Shown piece by piece: positions 44,764 to 53,823 of a DNA stretch of 64,000 bases (positions are counted from its first letter, which is position 1; every line of letters starts with the position of its first letter). The stretch comes from Escherichia phage alia: sequence record NC_052655.1; one strand, 5' to 3'. The translations under genes were made by a program, and so were the position numbers. The notes below the pieces were generated by a model that saw only the letters and a program-made list of their open reading frames with translations, did no database searches and was not told the DNA's origin.

Positions 44764-44976
44764 CTATTCATCATCTGAACTCTCTGTTGAGAATGTTCGT
44801 GTGTAGGGACACTGACGACTTGCAGAAACCTCTATAACCTTGTCGTACATACCGTTAGAGTAAAAACAGTATTTTGTACTTCCAGAAACTTGTTCTCTAG
44901 AATTAATTAAAGTTATTTGACCAGCATAAGAATAAGAACTGATTACTAAAAGTAAACCGACAAGAAGTTTTTTCAT
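44764..44976 (-). CDS. small secreted protein (signal peptide)
   Basis: MKKLLVGLLLVISSYSYAGQ N-terminus; no Cys at the cleavage region, so probably not a lipoprotein. Confidence 0.5.
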   Translation of the reverse strand: MKKLLVGLLLVISSYSYAGQITLINSREQVSGSTKYCFYSNGMYDKVIEVSASRQCPYTRTFSTESSDDE

Positions 44977-45051
44977 TGGTGTGTCTCCTTAAAAGCCCAC
45001 CTAACTAAGTAGGTAGGCATATTAACACATATTAAATTAGTAAGTCAAGTA

Positions 45052-45936
45052 TTATTTTTGAATAGTTGACTTAATAAGGTCTTGCATAATACCACGGATT
45101 TCATTAAAGCACAGAAGGACAGATGCTTCAAAAGATCCTTCTTCATCGTTAAAGTATTTAGGGAATTTAATACCACTCAACTTAAATTCTTTATCAACAA
45201 TAAAGTTAACGAAACCGTCATATTCCAGGCCAATGGCAACAACGTGCTTACCATCTTCCATAAGTTCTACTGCACGAGATTCATAAAGGGATTCTTTACT
45301 CCATACAACCACACCTTCAGAATCTTCAAGTTTAATATAGTTACCAAGGGTCAGTCGTTCAGCCTCATGTTCTTCTAAGATGGTATCAAAACCTTTAATA
45401 ATGGCTTCTTCGTGTACACTAAACGGCAGGACTGGGAAAGTACCCAACACCTCACGAAGAAACACAGCAATATCTTCACTAATTTTCTTAGTACCATTAA
45501 GAACGTAGGTAATACTGTTTTCAGTGTCTACAACAACATAGTTATAGAAATCATCTGCCTCTGTTTCTGGGAGCAGAGAAAACACGATATCAGCCTCAAT
45601 TGCTTTTTTACTTTCTTTGTCCAAGAAGAACTCTTTAGTAGGATTTGCAGCAATAAACTCTTGTTCCATCTCTTGGAGTTTTTCATTAAGAATGCGTTTA
45701 ACTTTTTTCTTGTTAACTTTCTTAACAGATTGCCCTACTTTAATAACCTCTAAACCAGAGAACACTTTTACATAGGAACCATCATCTTCAAAACGAACAA
45801 GACCAATGGTATGTGCTTGTTGACCCTGTGCCACAACAAAATCCAGCGGTTTGTCTGTTACTGTGTTCAGTGCGGAAATAGACAGACCATCACCAGAAAT
45901 CAGGGTTACGCAAGATTTGAAATTTTTAGCAAACAT
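45052..45936 (-). CDS. rdgC: RdgC-like recombination-associated protein
   Basis: 294 aa; MFAKNF N-terminus and central LPETEADDFY...VVDTENS...GTFPVLPFSVHEE region parallel E. coli RdgC (MLWFKNL...IDTVNG...GSLPVVPLSMENP). Confidence 0.65.
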   Translation of the reverse strand: MFAKNFKSCVTLISGDGLSISALNTVTDKPLDFVVAQGQQAHTIGLVRFEDDGSYVKVFSGLEVIKVGQSVKKVNKKKVKRILNEKLQEMEQEFIAANPTKEFFLDKESKKAIEADIVFSLLPETEADDFYNYVVVDTENSITYVLNGTKKISEDIAVFLREVLGTFPVLPFSVHEEAIIKGFDTILEEHEAERLTLGNYIKLEDSEGVVVWSKESLYESRAVELMEDGKHVVAIGLEYDGFVNFIVDKEFKLSGIKFPKYFNDEEGSFEASVLLCFNEIRGIMQDLIKSTIQK

Positions 45937-45946
45937 AGTTTTCTCC

Positions 45947-46225
45947 TCAAATAATAACTACAAAATATTTTACACCATCATATTCGACAATATGATCAGG
46001 ATATTTAAATCCTTTATAAGATTTACCAAACAGACTAACAGCCTCATTAGCTTTGTTTTGCGGATTACTCAGCCACTGTTCTTCTGTGTAAAACTTAAAC
46101 TCTGTTCTCTTACCTTCTTTTTCTAAACCAACAATTTCCTGTGTGATATCTTCAATACCTGCATTCTTCAAGGATTTGATTACCTGACGCAAACCGTGTT
46201 TAAAGATATCTTCTGCTGTTAACAT
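45947..46225 (-). CDS. hypothetical protein (92 aa)
   Basis: ORF track; preceded on the minus strand by hairpin and GGAGG RBS. Confidence 0.5.
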   Translation of the reverse strand: MLTAEDIFKHGLRQVIKSLKNAGIEDITQEIVGLEKEGKRTEFKFYTEEQWLSNPQNKANEAVSLFGKSYKGFKYPDHIVEYDGVKYFVVII

Positions 46226-46261
46226 AATACCTCCAATAAGCCCCCGAAGGGGCTTTATTTC

Positions 46262-46984
46262 TTAAGCAATGATTGCTGCGATATTAGGTTTAACAAAGGT
46301 AGATGGTTTCATAATTTTACCTTTGTCATCAAAGAATACGTACACCTTTTGAACTTCGTTATATACAGCATGTACCCCAGTATAAGAACCTTCTGCACGA
46401 TCTTTGCTTCGCATCTCGATAGCATCGCACTCTTTTTCAAGAGCTTCAATAATATCCTTAGTTTCCCAAATAGCCAGGAGTTGCTTCTTGGTAGGATACT
46501 TGGACTCATTGCTATTCAACACTTCACGCATAACCTTCTTCTCGTTATAAACAGAACGCACCAAAGTATCTCGTGCCATACGGGTAAGTGTAAGAGACAT
46601 TAAGGCAAATTGCAAGTCATTTTCTACCATTTTATCAAATTCAATGATAACATCGTAAATGTTCTCTGCCAGAACATCTCCTGTCGGCATTTCCAGAGCT
46701 TTATCAACACCTTCTTTACCAAAGAACATAAACGCCAGGTAGGATGCTACCACAAAAATATCTGCTGCTGCATCAAGTAATTCAACGTGATCATTTTCCT
46801 GTGCTGCTGCTTGAAACTCTTTAAGTTCTTCTCGTACAAAAGAAAGTTGAGCTTCAAACATCTCTTGAGTAAATTCTGGAGTTACTCCACCACGCGCCTT
46901 AGCATTCCAAGCAACAATTTGATCGGCAGCTTTGATAAAGAAGCTATTGTCCACTTTTACTTGTTTGAAAAAATTCTCGATCAT
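46262..46984 (-). CDS. MazG-like nucleoside triphosphate pyrophosphohydrolase
   Basis: REELKEF...ELLDAAADIFVVA fits the EExxE-x(n)-ExxD metal-binding pattern of all-alpha MazG/dUTPase-like NTP pyrophosphatases. Confidence 0.5.
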   Translation of the reverse strand: MIENFFKQVKVDNSFFIKAADQIVAWNAKARGGVTPEFTQEMFEAQLSFVREELKEFQAAAQENDHVELLDAAADIFVVASYLAFMFFGKEGVDKALEMPTGDVLAENIYDVIIEFDKMVENDLQFALMSLTLTRMARDTLVRSVYNEKKVMREVLNSNESKYPTKKQLLAIWETKDIIEALEKECDAIEMRSKDRAEGSYTGVHAVYNEVQKVYVFFDDKGKIMKPSTFVKPNIAAIIA

Positions 46985-46993
46985 TGTTTCTCC

Positions 46994-47200
46994 TTATTTA
47001 AAATATTGTTCTAACAAAACACTAATGCGAACTACCGATTCGCCCATATACGCCCCAGCACAAAGGAAAACAACAAATCTACAAAAATTGCAGTACCATT
47101 TGTCCACTGGAAACGAGGCTAACATTATAATTGCAATAGCAATTAACATCATAAGAACTGTTACTAATACCATATTACCTCTTACTCTGCTGGTTCCCAA
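46994..47200 (-). CDS. hypothetical membrane protein (68 aa)
   Basis: ORF track; hydrophobic stretch VLVTVLMMLIAIAIIMLASF. Confidence 0.4.
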   Translation of the reverse strand: MGTSRVRGNMVLVTVLMMLIAIAIIMLASFPVDKWYCNFCRFVVFLCAGAYMGESVVRISVLLEQYFK

Positions 47201-48297
47201 GTACCTGGAATCATCTTACGTACACGTACCCCAACAGGTTTGGTAGGAATACCTTCGTCTGAAAATTCTTCGTACTCAATTTCAACAAATTGACCAATAA
47301 GTGTCAAAGCATTTTCTTCTTTACGATAGTTAATGGTTTCATCTGAATCCTTACGCATCAGGAATTCGACTACTTTACCATTTTCCATCTCTCCTGTCAA
47401 TACCCCGTCACCATTTTTATCACGCTTTGCACTTACCACTTTAACTTCAAGCGTCTGACGTGGTTTACGTTTAATAACATCATAAGAACGTTTATCGAAT
47501 TCGTAAACACCTTTTGCGTTACGATACACCACACCTTCCGCTTTCTCATGTAGGGCTTTTGCATAGAAAGCATCAAACTGTTCTTGGTTTTCAATGTACT
47601 CTGTATGTACTACACAAATAAGTTCATCTAAACCTTTATCTTCAACAACTTCTTTTAGAGCAGCCAAAACTTGAACCCTCTTCTCAAATGGTACAGATGC
47701 CACAGGAACATCATATACATAGTATTTAAGAAGCGGTGTGTTAGCATTATGCTTTTTCCACGCACTATTAATTTGTTGAAGGCTAAGGACACCCAAGCCA
47801 GCAAAAACTTCACCGTCAAGAGGATGACCAACTACTTCTTTAATGAAGGTTGGAATTTCTTCCCAGTGAGGTGGAAGTTTATATACCTCCCCAGCTTTAG
47901 ATAAACATTCACCTTGCATGTTAATCATTGAACGTAGACCATTCAATTTATATTGTGCATAACCTGGGAACAAAACACGATCAGCATAATCTTTATAATC
48001 CTGACATTTCATGGGTGTGGAAGGAACATGGTTTTCAGCTTCCTCTTTTGTTTTATAATACCCATTCTTAAGTTGCTTTGTCCATTTGGCAAGAGCTTCT
48101 ATTTCAGCTTGTTCTTCTGCTGTTGTTTCATTTGAGCGACCAATATTTTTAGGTTCTGCTGTATAAGATTTGCTAGTAATTTTTCCACCTAATTGACCAT
48201 GAGCAACAGTTACAACACTACCTTCGGTATAGACTGACCACTGTTTAATTTTACCTGTAGAAGTTTTACCATATAATGTAGGATTAGTTTGTTTCAT
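47182..48297 (-). CDS. ATP-dependent nucleic acid ligase (likely DNA ligase)
   Basis: ORF track 47182..48345; start moved to ATG 48297 (GGAGG upstream). Nucleotidyltransferase motif I KLNGLR (KxNGxR), motif IV EGVVYRN, motif V-like VIKRK. Confidence 0.6.
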   Translation of the reverse strand: MKQTNPTLYGKTSTGKIKQWSVYTEGSVVTVAHGQLGGKITSKSYTAEPKNIGRSNETTAEEQAEIEALAKWTKQLKNGYYKTKEEAENHVPSTPMKCQDYKDYADRVLFPGYAQYKLNGLRSMINMQGECLSKAGEVYKLPPHWEEIPTFIKEVVGHPLDGEVFAGLGVLSLQQINSAWKKHNANTPLLKYYVYDVPVASVPFEKRVQVLAALKEVVEDKGLDELICVVHTEYIENQEQFDAFYAKALHEKAEGVVYRNAKGVYEFDKRSYDVIKRKPRQTLEVKVVSAKRDKNGDGVLTGEMENGKVVEFLMRKDSDETINYRKEENALTLIGQFVEIEYEEFSDEGIPTKPVGVRVRKMIPGTWEPAE

Positions 48298-48487
48298 CTT
48301 TAACCTCCAGTTGCGAAAGAACCCATTTAGCCATTTCAATTTCACCGTGCAGTCTGCCTAGTTCATAGGCATCATCAATATTACCACCAGTGTAATCATC
48401 CACCATAAAGTAAGGATCTTCGCTACTGTTAGGTGCGTTTGCAATTCTCGTTAGTTCTTCAATAAATGTCATAGTTACCCTTACCAA
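48284..48487 (-). CDS. hypothetical protein (67 aa)
   Basis: ORF track. Confidence 0.4.
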   Translation of the reverse strand: MVRVTMTFIEELTRIANAPNSSEDPYFMVDDYTGGNIDDAYELGRLHGEIEMAKWVLSQLEVKDETN

Positions 48488-48705
48488 TTATACACAAGAG
48501 TTTGAATCTCTTCCATCAAGTCTTCAAGATCTGTATCAACGTATTCAGAAGATGTTGCCATAAAGTATGTAATCATTGTGAACCCTTCCGAAGAAAGGGC
48601 ATCAAGGATATCATTAAACATATCTTCCATTTCAGTATTCTCACCAAATGAGAATAACATTTGTTGATCTTCGCTTACACCTTTAACATAGATAGCTGTA
48701 CTCAT
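48481..48705 (-). CDS. hypothetical acidic protein (74 aa)
   Basis: ORF track. Confidence 0.45.
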   Translation of the reverse strand: MSTAIYVKGVSEDQQMLFSFGENTEMEDMFNDILDALSSEGFTMITYFMATSSEYVDTDLEDLMEEIQTLVYNW

Positions 48706-48708
48706 ATA

Positions 48709-49029
48709 TTAATCCTTAAGACGTTCATTTAAATCTGCAATAACATCACCTAAATCTTCACATTCCAGTGTTAACTCTGAAACTTGTTCATTCAAACAAG
48801 AAACTTCTTCGTTTAGATCTGAAATAATATTTTCTAATGAATCTACTTGGTCATCATATGCACGTTTTGTTTCTTCAAGTTCTTCCGTAAGATCATTAAT
48901 CAAACGGAGCAAAGATAAGATATAGCCGTCTCCTGTCTCGTTCCTCCACTCACTTCCGTAGCGATAAATAATAATTTCACCATCATCGACTACTGTAAAA
49001 TACTTACCTTCACCAGAATAAATTTCCAT
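48709..49029 (-). CDS. hypothetical coiled-coil protein (106 aa)
   Basis: ORF track; C-terminal heptad-like acidic repeats (LEETKRAYDDQVDSLENIISDLNEEVSCLNEQVSELTLE). Confidence 0.5.
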   Translation of the reverse strand: MEIYSGEGKYFTVVDDGEIIIYRYGSEWRNETGDGYILSLLRLINDLTEELEETKRAYDDQVDSLENIISDLNEEVSCLNEQVSELTLECEDLGDVIADLNERLKD

Positions 49030-49038
49030 ACACTCTCC

Positions 49039-49443
49039 TTATTGTAGCTTAAGTGAACTGCGAAGACGTTTCTCTTGCTGATCACGAATATGTTGTGGAA
49101 CATCATGAATTGAGTCGTTACCGTGCCTATTTTCAACAACTAAAGAGATAACTTGATAACCAAACTCTTCAGCAAGAGTTAAATAAGGTTTAAGTTCTTT
49201 CTCTGTGGTTGAAGTGTTAGAGACAATAATCTTTTCAACACCATACTGCATATATTTTTGTACTTTGACACGACACCATTGGTGTGCTTTATGGATATTC
49301 TCTTCCTTCCACTCATACACACCATCTTCAGTGTAGTGGTATTGATCTGCCTCACAAATAGGCCAATGATTTTCAGAAATAATTTCTGCTACTGTAGATT
49401 TACCTGCACCTGAAACACCACGTAAAATGATAAGTTGTTTCAT
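49039..49443 (-). CDS. P-loop kinase, polynucleotide 5'-kinase-like
   Basis: ILRGVSGAGKSTVAE Walker A and IIVSNTSTT parallel the T4 Pnk kinase domain (ILTIGCPGSGKSTWA...VIISDTNL); 134 aa, kinase only. Confidence 0.65.
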   Translation of the reverse strand: MKQLIILRGVSGAGKSTVAEIISENHWPICEADQYHYTEDGVYEWKEENIHKAHQWCRVKVQKYMQYGVEKIIVSNTSTTEKELKPYLTLAEEFGYQVISLVVENRHGNDSIHDVPQHIRDQQEKRLRSSLKLQ

Positions 49444-50376
49444 TTAGCCTCCAAAGAAGTTTTCTATTTCTTTACGTCGCTCTTGTGGATCTAGAGCAGC
49501 CCATTGAACCTTCGTAAAGTTATTTCGAAGCCATTCTAGCAAAGTATAATATTCTTCGTCAACAATTTGTTTAGCATTGTTTGGGTTGTCCCAAATCATA
49601 TCCCACTTCTTATTGCCACCACGCATAAGGAATTTCTTAGCAAGATAGTATGGTGACTTAATCTTTAAGAGTAAGTTAAACGGATAGTTTGTTTCACGAA
49701 CAACAAAGCCTTCGTGTCTACAATGTTTAGACATTTCAACAACATCTGAAAATTTAATCATCGGATAAACTTCAGGACGTTTAAACTTTGTAACAGATGC
49801 AATCCCATCAAGAACACCTTCAGGTAACATGAAACTTGTCCCATCAAGATTTTGAATTCTTGCTCCAATTAAGTATGCGCCTGGTTCTTCTTCGACAATA
49901 TGTGGATCAGAAGGATCACAGATTTCAAAAAGGAAAGTTGCTTTTGCACTTTCTGTCCACTTAATGAAATACTCTATGTCGTCACACTCGGAAACAATAC
50001 GGTTCTTTGCCATAATTGCAAAATCTGATTCTAGGCTCCCTGTTGTTGATACAACAAGTTTCCCTTTGTACACACCTACAGATGCCATAAAACCGTTTAC
50101 TTTACGGACAGCATCTACAAGTTCATCTGCTGGAAGATCTGTACCATTCTCAAAACGATTAAAGATTTTAGTAAAAGGCCAAACAACAACATTGTCTTCT
50201 GAGTCAACAACCAACCCACGACAATCTAGAAGTCGTTTGTCAACGTTCCACAAATTATCCCAGAATACATTGTTTTTGTATTTAAGTACAGCAAGACCAG
50301 CATACTCTCCAGATTTAACTTCTTTTTTATGCACTAAACCTTTTGCAATCAGGTCATCACAATTGAACTTAGCCAC
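49444..50376 (-). CDS. RNA ligase (Rnl-type nucleotidyltransferase)
   Basis: Motif I RKVNGF (KxNG), motif IV EGFVVRE, motif V LLLKIK; 310 aa; immediately between the kinase and phosphoesterase genes. Confidence 0.65.
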   Translation of the reverse strand: MAKFNCDDLIAKGLVHKKEVKSGEYAGLAVLKYKNNVFWDNLWNVDKRLLDCRGLVVDSEDNVVVWPFTKIFNRFENGTDLPADELVDAVRKVNGFMASVGVYKGKLVVSTTGSLESDFAIMAKNRIVSECDDIEYFIKWTESAKATFLFEICDPSDPHIVEEEPGAYLIGARIQNLDGTSFMLPEGVLDGIASVTKFKRPEVYPMIKFSDVVEMSKHCRHEGFVVRETNYPFNLLLKIKSPYYLAKKFLMRGGNKKWDMIWDNPNNAKQIVDEEYYTLLEWLRNNFTKVQWAALDPQERRKEIENFFGG

Positions 50377-50377
50377 C

Positions 50378-50929
50378 TTAATCTCCTTTGATTATCTTAT
50401 GATGGTCTACAACAACAATATCACGTTTATCCATAATAGAGATGATTTCGTCAAAATGCAAGATTTTTCCGTGTGCATCCCAACCAACATCCAACATTTT
50501 CCCATACAAATGATCAGGGAATGATCCGTGAGAGTGTCCGTGTAGCATGATTGATCCATGCCCTTGTTTATTCCAGGCAGCCATAGGGTAATGGCTTAAG
50601 ACGAAAAACAGCTTCTGATATTTCACTTCGTCATAATAAATCACTTCTCCATACTCTGCAAGCACTTTTCTGTGTTTACTGTAATCATGATTCCCAACAC
50701 AGTAAGTAATATCCCCTTGGAGACGGGAAGCAATCTTACGGGTATCTTCTTCAGTCCCGAAACAGAAGTCCCCAAGATGGTACATCTTTACTCCTGGTGT
50801 TGTGGCACATTTATTCCATGCTTCGATCAGTGCTTCTGTCATATGTTCCATATCTTCCCACGGGCGATATTCAGGAGCAAACTCTCGAATACGTTTGTGC
50901 ATAAAATGCAAATCACTTGTAATAAACAT
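50378..50929 (-). CDS. calcineurin-like metallophosphoesterase
   Basis: DLHFMH...GDFCFG...GNHD...GHSH metal-ligand motifs; 183 aa. Confidence 0.75.
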   Translation of the reverse strand: MFITSDLHFMHKRIREFAPEYRPWEDMEHMTEALIEAWNKCATTPGVKMYHLGDFCFGTEEDTRKIASRLQGDITYCVGNHDYSKHRKVLAEYGEVIYYDEVKYQKLFFVLSHYPMAAWNKQGHGSIMLHGHSHGSFPDHLYGKMLDVGWDAHGKILHFDEIISIMDKRDIVVVDHHKIIKGD

Positions 50930-51288
50930 TAGTATAATCCCTCGCTGAATAGTTCACTGTCGTGACCATTTCTTTCATAGTTAATTTGTTTGGCGTTATC
51001 TGCAATGATATAAGCATCTTTGCGACTCCACCAATTATAATACTGATCAATAAACCCTTGATTATCAGGTAAGCAAAACAGTTTATCGATCAATCCTGCA
51101 TCTTTTAAAACATTAAGTTGTGCAGATAGTACAGGATTTGCATGCCTAACACAAGGAATAATTAACTCTTCGCCATTGTTGAGAATATACTTATTCGCAG
51201 CGCAGACTATAACACGTTGAGCATAGTGATCCTCACCAATCCAAGTAAGAGGTTGGTAACAAATATCATGTTGATTAGTAGCGCACAT
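50929..51288 (-). CDS. hypothetical protein (119 aa)
   Basis: ORF track 50929..51291 (alternative start); ATG 51288 chosen. Confidence 0.5.
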   Translation of the reverse strand: MCATNQHDICYQPLTWIGEDHYAQRVIVCAANKYILNNGEELIIPCVRHANPVLSAQLNVLKDAGLIDKLFCLPDNQGFIDQYYNWWSRKDAYIIADNAKQINYERNGHDSELFSEGLY

Positions 51289-51446
51289 CAATTTTCTCCA
51301 TACTCTTTTAATTTATCAGCGAAAAAACTGTAATCAGGAAGTAAAAGATCATTACTCGTATCGCTCCAGTTTTCTTCCTCTCTATAGATAAAATGCCCTT
51401 CATCCTCTTCTTGCTCTGACCAAACTGAGTAATGCATAACACCTAC

Positions 51447-51821
51447 TTAGTAGTTAACACGTTTAATTTCAACACCATAGGATGAAATAAAATTTTCCTT
51501 GGCTAACATATATTTACCAGCAGCAGAAGGATTTGATGTATGAACATAGATAGTTTTAAGAGCATCCCATTCACCCGCGTACAACATACATTCTACGTCT
51601 AAGAACGCATGATATCCTTCTTGATCTTCTCCAAGATCATTATCGAAGTGTATCTCTGAGATATTATTGAAATTATCTTCATCTGAAACAAAAGATGACC
51701 AATCCCCAAAAGATTTTAACCAAATGGCATCCTCATAACCATAATCTTTAGGATCTCTTAAATCGTCTAACCAAAGAATTTTAGCCACTATCAACCCCCT
51801 TCCTGTTTCTCTTCTTTCCAA
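51447..51821 (-). CDS. hypothetical protein (124 aa)
   Basis: ORF track. Confidence 0.5.
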   Translation of the reverse strand: MERRETGRGLIVAKILWLDDLRDPKDYGYEDAIWLKSFGDWSSFVSDEDNFNNISEIHFDNDLGEDQEGYHAFLDVECMLYAGEWDALKTIYVHTSNPSAAGKYMLAKENFISSYGVEIKRVNY

Positions 51822-51982
51822 GTTTTACCTTTATCTACCAATTGCTTAGAAACAGCAAATCTTTCTCCATTGACATAAAACAGATAAAGAATAAAGGATT
51901 TTCCTATAGTTACAGTATCTACTACTTCTACACGCTTTACACCTTGCATGTATTTGGCTTTACCTGAATAAATAAGGAACAT
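51791..51982 (-). CDS. hypothetical protein (63 aa)
   Basis: ORF track; overlaps downstream start by 31 nt. Confidence 0.4.
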   Translation of the reverse strand: MFLIYSGKAKYMQGVKRVEVVDTVTIGKSFILYLFYVNGERFAVSKQLVDKGKTWKEEKQEGG

Positions 51983-52260
51983 TATTTATTCCTTTTGTTG
52001 TTGATTACATCTAAAGCTGTGTAAGGTTTGTTTGTACCGCTGTATTCAAGAATAATTGGTGCATGTTCATAGACAAACTCAAAAGTACCATACACAGAAT
52101 CTGCAACTGAAATAAGCATTTCAGTGTCTTCATCGTTCTTAATTAATGAAAACCTTGCCCCTGGTTTATTGAGCACTTCATATTTCTTACCTGCTGTCAG
52201 CAAACCTGAATACCATTCATTTTGCACAACAGACAAACACTTCAGATAGGTTTTTCTCAT
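51982..52260 (-). CDS. hypothetical protein (92 aa)
   Basis: ORF track. Confidence 0.5.
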   Translation of the reverse strand: MRKTYLKCLSVVQNEWYSGLLTAGKKYEVLNKPGARFSLIKNDEDTEMLISVADSVYGTFEFVYEHAPIILEYSGTNKPYTALDVINNKRNK

Positions 52261-52598
52261 TTCTTTTTGCTCCTTCTTTTAGGCTTCTCGTATAAACCTA
52301 ACACAGCAGACTCTTTTGCACAGATAGGAACTGACTTCATTCCTCGTTTTTTGGCTTCTGGTAGATTCAAAACCCACCAGCCAAACCAATACAATTCATC
52401 TTCTGTGAAAGGATCTGCCATAGGATCTGCATCACGTTCTTCAAATTTAGCAAGAGCTTCTTCTATCTTTTCTATTGGAGTGTCAAAGACAAAAGCCTCT
52501 GTGTCAAATTTTTGTTTCTTAGGAGCGGCCTTTGCCGCCCCATCTTTAGATGCGTGCTTTGTTACGGATCGCTTCTTCGGTGTTTTCGCCATCAACAA
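52257..52598 (-). CDS. hypothetical basic protein (113 aa)
   Basis: ORF track; Lys-rich N- and C-termini. Confidence 0.45.
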   Translation of the reverse strand: MLMAKTPKKRSVTKHASKDGAAKAAPKKQKFDTEAFVFDTPIEKIEEALAKFEERDADPMADPFTEDELYWFGWWVLNLPEAKKRGMKSVPICAKESAVLGLYEKPKRRSKKK

Positions 52599-52785
52599 CC
52601 TCCATACGGTGTAAGAAATCTTGCTGGAATCGCCAATACTGTTGACCAGTCCTTACATCTTCGTAGATCACAACAGGATCAAACACTTTAGATACACCCG
52701 CTGGTTTAGGAAAACCAACTACACGATATAAACCACCTTTACTAATACAAGAATATGTTACATCAGTTAAAATTTCTTTTTTCAT
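52546..52785 (-). CDS. hypothetical protein (79 aa)
   Basis: ORF track. Confidence 0.45.
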   Translation of the reverse strand: MKKEILTDVTYSCISKGGLYRVVGFPKPAGVSKVFDPVVIYEDVRTGQQYWRFQQDFLHRMEVVDGENTEEAIRNKARI

Positions 52786-52979
52786 TTTTTAATAAACTCC
52801 AAAACAGGTACGTGATCAGCAGTCAAAGTTACACAATTGTAACTTACCTTTTCAACTTCAGAGAATGCTTCAACCCAAAGCAAGAAATTCTCTTTAGCTT
52901 CTTCATAATTCAATGTTGACTTAACAACATGGAACTCACCAAGAATTACTCTATAGATTGTTTGCATAGTTTGATTCAT
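52782..52979 (-). CDS. hypothetical protein (65 aa)
   Basis: ORF track. Confidence 0.45.
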   Translation of the reverse strand: MNQTMQTIYRVILGEFHVVKSTLNYEEAKENFLLWVEAFSEVEKVSYNCVTLTADHVPVLEFIKK

Positions 52980-53045
52980 TTATTTTTCCTTTGTTTAAAA
53001 TGTGTTAAACAATCGCAAATGCTTGTGACGCACTTTGTGATCCCA

Positions 53046-53414
53046 CTAATTAACGTCAGCACTATGATTGTTGAGAGTATAGGATACTCCATCGCCCAAG
53101 TCAACATGAATCTCAACTCCTAACTGTCTGTCTAATGGTAAACGTTTTGAGAATTGATAATTACAAAGTTTGCAATCTAAGTCAAGCAACTCATGTTTGC
53201 TTAGGCCTGGAATGATAACTTTGCTTCCCACTGTCCACTCAATACCTTCAAAGTTATCTCTTCTTTTCAAAATGTCAAGTAAGAAGATGATTTGTTGCCA
53301 TTCCGTAGACAAGTCTTCTTCATAGAATGCTGAACAAAAAGTTTTATCATCGTAGAAAGCATACATTATGCCTCCATCTATTGTTTCACTTCTAACGTAA
53401 CGTGTGACCCTCAT
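53046..53414 (-). CDS. hypothetical protein (122 aa)
   Basis: ORF track; first gene of the minus-strand block. Confidence 0.5.
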   Translation of the reverse strand: MRVTRYVRSETIDGGIMYAFYDDKTFCSAFYEEDLSTEWQQIIFLLDILKRRDNFEGIEWTVGSKVIIPGLSKHELLDLDCKLCNYQFSKRLPLDRQLGVEIHVDLGDGVSYTLNNHSADVN

Positions 53415-53545
53415 TATTCCCTCCTGTATGGCTCTGTAACGAGCTAATAGCCTCTAAGATATGCAATCACCTTACCTCACAGTAAAACTCGTTACAATCG
53501 TTTTTAGGAGGTTTAGGTTGTACTTAAAAATAATCCAAAAAGGTG

Positions 53546-53606
53546 TTGACAAACGCAAAAAAGTATGCTACCCTAACCCCCGAAAAACGCCGAGCGCAGC
53601 GAGGGG
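53546..53606 (+). promoter_or_regulatory. promoter plus 5' stem-loop with no downstream ORF
   Basis: TTGACA 53546-53551, 17-nt spacer, TACCCT; hairpin CCCCC-GAAAAACGCCGAGCGCAGCGA-GGGGG at 53576-53606; the next 150 nt are AT-rich with no ORF before the promoter at 53756. Confidence 0.35.
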
Positions 53607-53755
53607 GTGTTATCTAATCTTGTGATACATGATCTAACAGACAACTGAGTAGTCTACATATAGCACTATGTTATGTCTATAATACTAACATACGTACTCT
53701 ATACTAACAATAGATTCTTTATTAATTTTATTATTAATTAAATAATAAATATCTA

Positions 53756-53784
53756 TTGACTTTAGATCTATCTGTATGTAGAGT
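53756..53784 (+). promoter_or_regulatory. sigma70-like promoter (TTGACT, 17 nt spacer, TAGAGT)
   Basis: TTGACT 53756-53761, 17-nt spacer, TAGAGT; AAGGAG RBS then ATG 53824. Confidence 0.5.
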
Positions 53785-53823
53785 AGAGAACATAAAGTCC
53801 TAACTCAACTAAGGAGATAAACA

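Noticed and set aside
49964-50932. Plus-strand track ORFs (49964..50524, 50672..50932) opposite the RNA ligase and phosphoesterase genes
   Set aside because: Antisense to genes with clear catalytic motifs; low-complexity S/T-rich translation; spurious.
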